A DNA stretch of 64,000 nucleotides from Planctomycetaceae bacterium (GTDB lineage: Bacteria; Planctomycetota; Planctomycetia; Planctomycetales; Planctomycetaceae), in NCBI GenBank assembly GCA_016795145.1, contig JAEUII010000128.1, positions 8,594 to 72,593 on the forward strand, given 5' to 3'. This document shows positions 57,316 through 64,000 of the stretch, piece after piece. The notes below the pieces were generated by a model that saw only the letters and a list, made by a program, of their open reading frames with translations, searched no databases and had not been told where the DNA came from. The position numbers were made by a program, and so were the translations under genes. How positions within the stretch are numbered: the first letter of the stretch is position 1; every line of letters begins with the position of its first letter.

Positions 57316-58154
57316 GGAACGAAGCCAGATGCGGTCTCCATGTCGATCAGCATCTGAGCATCCAGGCCCACTTCCTCCAGCGCGGCGGACAGTGCCTTCT
57401 GATCTGCTGCAGGCATTTCAGACTTTACGAACAGAGTGATGAATGGGACTGGCTTGCTTTCTCCGATGACGCGAAGATCGCCCTTCGCCACTTTGCCACA
57501 GCCTTCAAGCAGAGGGCCGGCATAGCTGGAAATGATCGCAGCGGCCTTCGCATCCTTCGGCAATTCCATCAGCATGACCGCAGCATTACTGCACGACGGA
57601 GCAGTCTCGATGGTTGAAGGCAGGGCGACACCTTTTTCCTTCATGAATGCCATCGGGGCTGCTGACTTTTCGTCACAGTCTTCAGGACCAAAGAAGATGC
57701 GGTATCCCTTCAGGTCTTCAACGGTCTTTGCCGGATCGTTTGCTCGCACGACGAACAAACCCGTCTGAACGACTTTGTCCTTTAGGTCGGTTAAGCGTGC
57801 CAGAGGAATCACGCTCAGCTTTGAGTCTTTTGCGTCGGACAATACGACAGAGTGTTTTCCGACGATGATGTCGACCTTACCCTCAGACTTCTCCATCGCT
57901 GATTCGAGCGTCTCGCCCCAAACAACGTTCACCTTCCGAGAAAGGTGCTTCGTCAGAAACTCACCCAGTTTTTCGTACTTTCTTTGTGCATACCCTTTGA
58001 CACAGTCACACGCCAAAGGACCTGCAAGAGGATCCATGACCACCAGAGTCAGTTCCGGTGATTTGTCTTCAAACGCCGATACCGTGGCACCTGAAGCCAA
58101 TAGGACGAGTGCCGAGAAGAGGCTGAACAATCGGAACATCATAGTTTCACCCAT
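57255..58154 (-). CDS. PhnD/SsuA-like periplasmic substrate-binding protein
   Basis: The signal peptide is MFRLFSLFSALVLLASGATVSA. The body is type-2 SBP-like (TLVVMDPLAGPLACDCVKGYAQRKY..., GLFVVRANDP, YRIFFGPEDC). The tail is P/A/K-rich (EEAPAAPAASVSSKKKD). Alternative ATGs lie at 58142 and 58139. Confidence 0.6.
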   Translation of the reverse strand: MGETMMFRLFSLFSALVLLASGATVSAFEDKSPELTLVVMDPLAGPLACDCVKGYAQRKYEKLGEFLTKHLSRKVNVVWGETLESAMEKSEGKVDIIVGKHSVVLSDAKDSKLSVIPLARLTDLKDKVVQTGLFVVRANDPAKTVEDLKGYRIFFGPEDCDEKSAAPMAFMKEKGVALPSTIETAPSCSNAAVMLMELPKDAKAAAIISSYAGPLLEGCGKVAKGDLRVIGESKPVPFITLFVKSEMPAADQKALSAALEEVGLDAQMLIDMETASGFVPWKEEAPAAPAASVSSKKKD

Positions 58155-58160
58155 TCTTGT

Positions 58161-58210
58161 AGGTCCCCGCTGCCGAGCGGGACTTTCGCCGTCAGGCGAA
58201 CCTTGTTTCT
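58161..58210 (-). repeat. Two-hairpin element upstream of a minus-strand gene, copy 2
   Basis: aggtccccgctgccgagcgggactttcgccgtcaggcgaaccttgtttct matches 31729-31778. It lies 7 nt upstream of the longest ATG of the SBP gene. Confidence 0.75.
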
Positions 58211-58288
58211 TCAGTCATCATCAACCATACCCGGTTGCCACCTTCACCAGCGCGAAAGTGGCAACCATGAGTATTAGACTTGCTTCAT

Positions 58289-60061
58289 CTACTTCTGTTC
58301 AGCCGCTGGTTCAGCCTTCGCCTCTGGCGCCGCTGGTTCTTCCTTCTTTTCTTCTGCGGCAAGTTCGTCCTTCACTCGCTTGTAGCGATTGCTGGACAGA
58401 ACACTTTCGTTGAACATCAGAGTGATGGTCGCCTCGTCATCGTTCACGAATTCGATCTTGTAGTCGTAATACTGAATCTGATCCTGAAGCTGTGAAACGA
58501 TCAGTGTGTTGCCGTCCTGAGAGACTGCTTCCCAGCCATTGTCGCCACCTTCAAACATTCCACCAGACATCGACAGTTTGCCGTCTTCGTGGAAGTGAAG
58601 ATATGACGATCCATACGGATCATCGCTGACTGCCGCTTCACCACCGTCGCCACCGAGCAATCCGCCGATCAGAGCACCCAGGCCGGATGCTGCAGGCTTT
58701 GCGTCTGCCTTGCGCTTACCGTTCAGGGACCATTCACCGACCAGCTTCTTTCCAAGGCCTTCGCGAGCTGCCTTGGCCAGAACTTCTTCCGGAGTTGTCT
58801 CTGGTGCTTCCGCGTTTGGAACAAGAACGCAGATGTGAGACTTGTCGACATTCATCATGTAATAGCGATTGCGCTGTTCATCGAAGCCCAGTGCGACGTG
58901 CTTACATCCGCCGCCGATTTTGGCCTTACCAACCACTCCCAGCAGTTTACCTTTGTCGTTGAATCGCTTGATGGTGCCGATGCTGGACTCCGCTGTCAGA
59001 ATATCACCATTGTTGCAGCAGCGGACATTCATCGGATTGCAGCAGCTTCCGAATCCATCCACTGCCTTACGATCACCCTTGCCGAAGTCGAACACTCGAT
59101 TGCCATCACGGTCCAGCAGGCCAACCTTGAACTTAGTATTCTCTGCAAGAATCAAATGTTCTTCGTTGGCCTGAATGTCGCACTGTCCACAGCAACCACC
59201 AAGTTCTGCAACGACTTTCTTTGGCTCTGAAAACTCATGGTTCATGCGCCAGACTTCGTAGCCATAACCTTCGATCGCGTTGCAGCAGACGAAAATGTCT
59301 TTGGACGTCACGGCCAGCGCGGTGATTCCGAGCTTGGAATCCAGCATCTGATCACCTGCGAACATGTCCTTGTACATGGATTCCTGCGACTTCAGTTGCT
59401 CTTCATAAAGAGCCTTCTGCTCTTCATAGGTCTCCAGTCTCTTTCGGTCCTTGTCTGTGATCTCCGCTTCAGGCTTTTCCTTCAGCTTCGCGATGCGTTC
59501 GTCAATTCGTTTGATCTGATCACGAAACTGCTGAGTAAACTCTTCGACCTGCTTGCGGGCACCGGCTTCAACACGCTCCTTGAACGTTGCCATGTCGCCA
59601 ATATGCGGTGAATCAGCGGTCGACAGCACTTTGCCATCGCTGCTGACCTTGGCAACCTTGCCGTGACCAGCCACAAAGATGGTGCCGTCGCTGGTGAGGT
59701 TGATTGCCGTCGGAGCAAACGTCAGCTCGATCTCTTTCTTCAGTTCTCCGTCCGGCGAATAGACCTGGATCAGTTTTGGAGCCGGAATGGTCTTTATCTG
59801 CTGCGTCCCGTCGGCGTTCATTACGGCTTCAACGTTGTCGCCACCCACACACGCCAGGATATTGCCATCCTTGTCCAGACAGTACGTATGGAGAGCAATC
59901 GGCTTGCCGTCGTGCAGAGGCTTGATGATCCGAGCCTGCTTGTGAGTACTTGTGAATTCCCCCTTTGGCGTGTCGCCTTCACCAGCGACGACAGAATTCA
60001 GGGAGAAAACTCCCAGCATCAGTGCCAGGGCAGTCCCCAGACAGAAAGCTCGAAGACGCAT
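58289..60061 (-). CDS. Hypothetical secreted propeller-like protein with an inserted coiled coil and vicinal Cys pairs
   Basis: The ATG at 60061 gives MRLRAFCLGTALALMLGVFSLNSVVA. Blades are NHL/propeller-like (DGNILAC, DGTIFVAGHG, DGKVLS, DGNRVFDF, NGDILTA). The coiled coil runs KERVEAGARKQVEEF...YEEQLKSQ. Four CC pairs are present, and the tail is P/A/E/K-rich. Confidence 0.65.
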   Translation of the reverse strand: MRLRAFCLGTALALMLGVFSLNSVVAGEGDTPKGEFTSTHKQARIIKPLHDGKPIALHTYCLDKDGNILACVGGDNVEAVMNADGTQQIKTIPAPKLIQVYSPDGELKKEIELTFAPTAINLTSDGTIFVAGHGKVAKVSSDGKVLSTADSPHIGDMATFKERVEAGARKQVEEFTQQFRDQIKRIDERIAKLKEKPEAEITDKDRKRLETYEEQKALYEEQLKSQESMYKDMFAGDQMLDSKLGITALAVTSKDIFVCCNAIEGYGYEVWRMNHEFSEPKKVVAELGGCCGQCDIQANEEHLILAENTKFKVGLLDRDGNRVFDFGKGDRKAVDGFGSCCNPMNVRCCNNGDILTAESSIGTIKRFNDKGKLLGVVGKAKIGGGCKHVALGFDEQRNRYYMMNVDKSHICVLVPNAEAPETTPEEVLAKAAREGLGKKLVGEWSLNGKRKADAKPAASGLGALIGGLLGGDGGEAAVSDDPYGSSYLHFHEDGKLSMSGGMFEGGDNGWEAVSQDGNTLIVSQLQDQIQYYDYKIEFVNDDEATITLMFNESVLSSNRYKRVKDELAAEEKKEEPAAPEAKAEPAAEQK

Positions 60062-60331
60062 ACGCAGTCCTTTCTCAGGTCGAACACAAAACGGAAGCAC
60101 AGGAACGCCGAAGCAATGCTGTTGCCGATGGACGGGACGGGCCAACATCGGACTTCGGGAAAGTTGAAGCCGACAATTGGCAGGCAGCCAGAATTGGGGC
60201 AGATGGGATGTGGCCATCTTACCCCTCGGGAGTCCGCTCAAAAAGGGGACCCGAAAAAAATCTCTCCGACTGCCCCAACCAGAATGGTTCAGGAGCACTT
60301 CGGTTCGCAGCTTTGTCTGATTTCTCAGCGA

Positions 60332-62347
60332 CTATTCATCGCCATCCACAAGATCCCAGAATTCTGCTTCGCTCGTGTCCAGACGCTCAGTCCGCCGTGC
60401 CTTTCGCGGTGGTGGGTCGCTCGCCGCGCTCGGTCGCGCCCCCGCTGCGCCGGGCGGCTTGGCTCGCTTTGGCGCGGTGGGCTTAGTCTGTTGTCTGGGG
60501 CGTTTCGGGGCGGCTGATTCAGCACCGCATTCTGCGCAGACTCCGCCTCGCCCCAGCGCTGCCCCGCAGCTGTTGCACAAAAGGACAGGCTGATCTCCAA
60601 TTACGTCTGCTTTGTCGGAGCTTGCATTCCACGCCGACAGTTCATGCAGGGCGTCAAATTCCGGATCGCCAATTCGAGCGCCTTTCACTGGCTGTCCTGC
60701 GTCCGCTTTAGAAGTCTGCGGTGCACTATTGGCGTTGGCTGATGGTCCAGTTGCGGGTGCGTTCGGCGGAGCAAGTTCTGAAAGCTCGACGGGCGGAAGA
60801 GTATCCTCCGTGGATTCGCGCTTCTGTTCCAGCTGAGCGTTCACGTTTTCCTGTCGAATGATCTCCACTTCAGCGTGCCGACCACTGCTCAGTTCTCGCG
60901 CGGACACATGGACTCGAGCCTGATGGTCGTAACTGATCGTGACTTCGATCTCAGTTCCTTCCGGCAAATTCGGAGGAAGATCGGTGACGACACAATCTCC
61001 CAGAACGGTCGGCGGACGGTCTGCTCCAGCACCGCTTTCGACGATGCGAACATGTACGCGAGTCTGGTTGGCCACAACGGTGCCAAACAGATGTGTTCGT
61101 GAAACGGGCAGGGCAGTGTTCGCCGGAATCAGGTAATGAGGAACGCGCTGGCCGGATTCTTCATCGCGGATCAGAATTCCCAGTGAGCGAGCATTCACGC
61201 TTTGCTGACGCACTCTTGCCAGTCGTGAAGACGCTTTGCTGTTGAAGACAGTGCGGACGTATTCCTGATTCGCGAGCAGCATGCCGGCATAGTAGGCCGC
61301 TCCGTGAGCGATTGACTGATCGGGCGACAGAGAAGTATTCAGTGTTCGACCACTGAGCTTCTTCAGAGAATCTCTGATCATCGGCATGCGAGACGCACCG
61401 CCGGTTGTCAGCACGACATCCACATGCGCCCAGCCGAACTTGTTATCCTTCAGAATGCGTCGAGTCACCTCTTCGCATCGCTGGACCAGTCGCCTTGCGG
61501 CCTTTTCAAACTCCGCCTGTTCAATCTGGAACGTCTTCAGCAGGCCCTCATGACGAACAGTGATCGCTGCTCGAGGTCGAACGGACAAACTTCGCTTGGC
61601 TTGTTCTGCTTCGATCGTCAGGAACTGGAGACTCTCACGACTGGTTCGAGGATCCTTACCGAATTCGGCGATGAACTTTTCTGCGGCGAGATCCACCAGC
61701 GTCTTCGTCCAGTCCAGACCACCAAGTTCCAGGTCGCCGTCCGAGGCCACAACTTTCACTTCATTCTGACGATACCGAACAATCGCCAGGTCCAGAGTTC
61801 CGCCGCCCAGGTCAAACACAAGCAGTTGCTGATCGATGGCGAGTTCCGTGAATGCGAGACCTTCGTTGCCTAGAACGTGGCACAGCGCCGCCGCCACGGG
61901 CTCATTAATCATCTCAATGCGTTCAAGTCCCGCGGCGTGACCAGCCAGCAGTGTCGCATGTCGCTGCGCATCACTGAACTGGGCAGGCACGGTAATGACT
62001 GCTTCACGAATCTCACCGATCTGTTCCTGCGCCGCTGCGATCAGCTTGCGAAGGATCAGGCCGGAGATATGAACGGGTGAGAATCGAGCATCGCCGATCT
62101 TCCAGAACTTATTCGCATCCCCCATGTAACGCTTGGCATGCTGAACCACACGATCGGGTGCCGCGATGGCATTCCTGAGCGCTTCGGTGCCAACAATCGG
62201 CTGGCCGCCGTCGAAGAACACGACTGACGGAGTGGAGAGCTCACCTTCCTGATTGGGAATCGTGACCGGCTGGCCATGTTCATTCAGCCAGGCAATACAC
62301 GAATAGGTCGTGCCCAGGTCAATTCCAACCGCTTGAGTCTGTTTCAT
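60332..62347 (-). CDS. Atypical Hsp70-family ATPase with a C-terminal zinc ribbon and basic tail
   Basis: Nucleotide-binding-domain motifs are AVGIDLGTTYSCIA, VITVPAQFSDAQR, LVFDLGGGTLDLAIV and VVLTTGGASRMP. A beta-sandwich-like segment follows, with no helical lid or EEVD. Then come CNSCGAALGRGGVCAECG and a PKRPRQQTKPTAPKRAKPP tail. Confidence 0.85.
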   Translation of the reverse strand: MKQTQAVGIDLGTTYSCIAWLNEHGQPVTIPNQEGELSTPSVVFFDGGQPIVGTEALRNAIAAPDRVVQHAKRYMGDANKFWKIGDARFSPVHISGLILRKLIAAAQEQIGEIREAVITVPAQFSDAQRHATLLAGHAAGLERIEMINEPVAAALCHVLGNEGLAFTELAIDQQLLVFDLGGGTLDLAIVRYRQNEVKVVASDGDLELGGLDWTKTLVDLAAEKFIAEFGKDPRTSRESLQFLTIEAEQAKRSLSVRPRAAITVRHEGLLKTFQIEQAEFEKAARRLVQRCEEVTRRILKDNKFGWAHVDVVLTTGGASRMPMIRDSLKKLSGRTLNTSLSPDQSIAHGAAYYAGMLLANQEYVRTVFNSKASSRLARVRQQSVNARSLGILIRDEESGQRVPHYLIPANTALPVSRTHLFGTVVANQTRVHVRIVESGAGADRPPTVLGDCVVTDLPPNLPEGTEIEVTISYDHQARVHVSARELSSGRHAEVEIIRQENVNAQLEQKRESTEDTLPPVELSELAPPNAPATGPSANANSAPQTSKADAGQPVKGARIGDPEFDALHELSAWNASSDKADVIGDQPVLLCNSCGAALGRGGVCAECGAESAAPKRPRQQTKPTAPKRAKPPGAAGARPSAASDPPPRKARRTERLDTSEAEFWDLVDGDE

Positions 62348-62715
62348 GGCAGGTCTTTCAAACACATCCACAGTCAATCTGTCACCCAGCCAACACATCC
62401 GAACCATTCCAGCGTTCCGGCCGCGATGGTTACAGGGTGAACCAGACCCCGGTTATGGTAGTGGCCAGTGCCCTGGTTCTCTAATGTTAGTTCGCAGAAT
62501 CCACAGTGTTTGCCCCCGGGAAACGCGTCATTTCACTGAAAACGAAAATTCGGCTGCCGATTCAAGTCGCTACCAGAAATGTTCTGCGATTTGCTCGAAC
62601 GGTTGCAGCAACCAGACTTCGATTGCCCGGTTTGACAGTCGTTCGAGTCAGCCTGTGACTCGTTCACGAACTCCTGATGTCCAACGACAAGCGACACCGC
62701 GGCAGAAACTCGGGC

Positions 62716-63846
62716 TTAGGTCATTGAATGCGATGATGTTCGACAAGTCATCAGCTGGGCTTCGACTTCGTTCCAGAGCAGTTCGGAAGAGCTGTGAATG
62801 ATCTCCAGCCGGCTGTCTCTGCGCCAGGCGGAGCGGCGGAGGGTGGTGTCGTTGCCGGAGCGGTTGATGGTCCACCAGTCGTCCTGACAGTGGAAGACGC
62901 CCTTGAGCCGCTGAACTGAACGAAGGCTGCCGAGCAGGTCCATCAACTGATAACGGTCGAAGCATTCGTCTCGGTGGAAGATCCAGCCGCACGCCCATTG
63001 TCCCTGACCGCTGTTTTCCAGTCGGATCGGCTGGCCTGGAAGGGCCGTTTGTTTGATCTGAATAACGGGTTCACTGACGGGCCGAGTGCCAAGCGATACG
63101 AGCACCGGCGCGGCGTGGTTTGTTGCGGATGCAGGGTTTGTTGGACTGCCTGTTGATGTGAGTTCTTCAGCAGAGCCATGTCGGTGCGCATGATCATGAC
63201 TGTGGTGAGCATCCGGGAATTTTGGCGGACGAACAATCGTACCATCAAGTTCCAGCCATGCGGGATCAAGCTTGCCGAATGACGTTTCCGTGATCAGCAA
63301 CTTCGGTGGTTCAAATCCTTCGACCCAGGCACGACATCGAGCCATACAGTCGGCATCTCGGTGATCTGCATGGTTGAGGACGACAACGTCAGCCATTTCA
63401 ATCTGATCATGAAAGACGGGATTCTCTTTCGTCCTTGGATTATCAAAGTCTTTTGGATCCACGATGCAGATCGTCGCTCGAACGTCCAGATGATCATGAA
63501 AGAAACGGGATTCTCGCAGGCCGTCAAGAACGCTGGCCGGATGACCCGCGCCGCTGGGTTCGATCAACAGTCGGTCAGGCCGAGAACGCTTCAGGAATTG
63601 AACGAGCATCGGTTTGAACAGAGCCGCAGTCTCGCAGCAGAAACATCCGCCCGCCAGTTCCTGGACGAACACATCTTCAACGCCGTCCTGTTCCAGAAGG
63701 GCCTCATCCATCGACACCATACCATACTCATTGATGAAGATGGCCCAGCGTTCCCCCGGAGGTCTCTGGTCAAGCAGAGCACGGATGGCGGTTGTTTTTC
63801 CGGTGCCTAGAAAGCCGGTGATCAGGTTCGCGGGAATTCGTTTCAT
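62716..63846 (-). CDS. COG0523 / CobW-family G3E GTPase (putative metallochaperone)
   Basis: The P-loop is GFLGTGKTT. The metal motif is GGCFCCE (CxCC). A His-rich stretch, DAHHSHDHAHRHG, is present. The C-terminal domain is CobW_C-like. Confidence 0.85.
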   Translation of the reverse strand: MKRIPANLITGFLGTGKTTAIRALLDQRPPGERWAIFINEYGMVSMDEALLEQDGVEDVFVQELAGGCFCCETAALFKPMLVQFLKRSRPDRLLIEPSGAGHPASVLDGLRESRFFHDHLDVRATICIVDPKDFDNPRTKENPVFHDQIEMADVVVLNHADHRDADCMARCRAWVEGFEPPKLLITETSFGKLDPAWLELDGTIVRPPKFPDAHHSHDHAHRHGSAEELTSTGSPTNPASATNHAAPVLVSLGTRPVSEPVIQIKQTALPGQPIRLENSGQGQWACGWIFHRDECFDRYQLMDLLGSLRSVQRLKGVFHCQDDWWTINRSGNDTTLRRSAWRRDSRLEIIHSSSELLWNEVEAQLMTCRTSSHSMT

Positions 63847-63894
63847 GGAGGCAATGATCTGGCAAAGATGCTGTTGAGACCTTCTGGCAGCGAC

Positions 63895-63999
63895 TCAGTT
63901 GCTTCTGCGTCGAAGTTCGGTCTGCAGCAAAGTCACTCGGTTCCGCAGCGTCTCCGGGTCGGTAGCGAGCAAGTCGGATTTGTCTGTCGCTGGTAATCC
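63895..63999 (-). CDS. 3-prime end of an unidentified gene running off the window
   Basis: The open frame reads GLPATDKSDLLATDPETLRNRVTLLQTELRRRSN* and its stop codon lies 48 nt upstream of the COG0523 start. It is too short to identify. Confidence 0.3.
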   Translation of the reverse strand, partial: GLPATDKSDLLATDPETLRNRVTLLQTELRRRSN

Positions 64000-64000
64000 C

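Overview
This 64-kb chromosomal segment holds about 40 credible protein-coding genes. I recognise no rRNA, tRNA, CRISPR array, integrase or transposase. The gene style suggests a Planctomycetota-like genome, but this is inference and unverified. Supporting traits are a giant surface protein with an N-terminal LEDRRL motif, very large multidomain Ser/Thr kinases, and PQQ/WD40 propellers. Sulfatase-like and sialate O-acetylesterase genes, futalosine-pathway menaquinone genes and a b558-type sdhCAB fit the same picture.

Housekeeping genes are rnpA, sodA, a GT2 glycosyltransferase, a mqn radical-SAM gene plus a UbiA prenyltransferase, a ThiF/MoeB E1-like enzyme, sdhCAB, lysA, rimO, an ArgE-like M20 enzyme, a Fur-family regulator, an Rrf2 regulator and flgM.

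The unusual content is as follows.
1. A 2805-aa protein with about 22 tandem 71-aa (213-bp) units overlaps by ATGA a 1996-aa kinase with a TM segment, a coiled coil and WD40 repeats.
2. A 1487-aa protein combines a zinc ribbon, a kinase domain, about 13 TM segments and ankyrin repeats.
3. A minus-strand cluster contains a COG0523 GTPase, a lidless Hsp70 with a C-terminal zinc ribbon, a secreted propeller-like protein with four vicinal Cys-Cys pairs, a PhnD-like binding protein and a PQQ-type propeller.
4. An A9G tract (A_AAA_AAG in frame) lies at the binding-protein/propeller junction. It could join the two ORFs by -1 frameshifting or homopolymer slippage.
5. rimO is translationally coupled to three uncharacterised genes.

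Intergenic DNA is saturated with at least seven families of short tandem or dispersed repeats, many forming hairpins right at gene 3-prime ends or flanking single genes as direct repeats. All functional calls rest on motifs read from the translations. No database search was possible.
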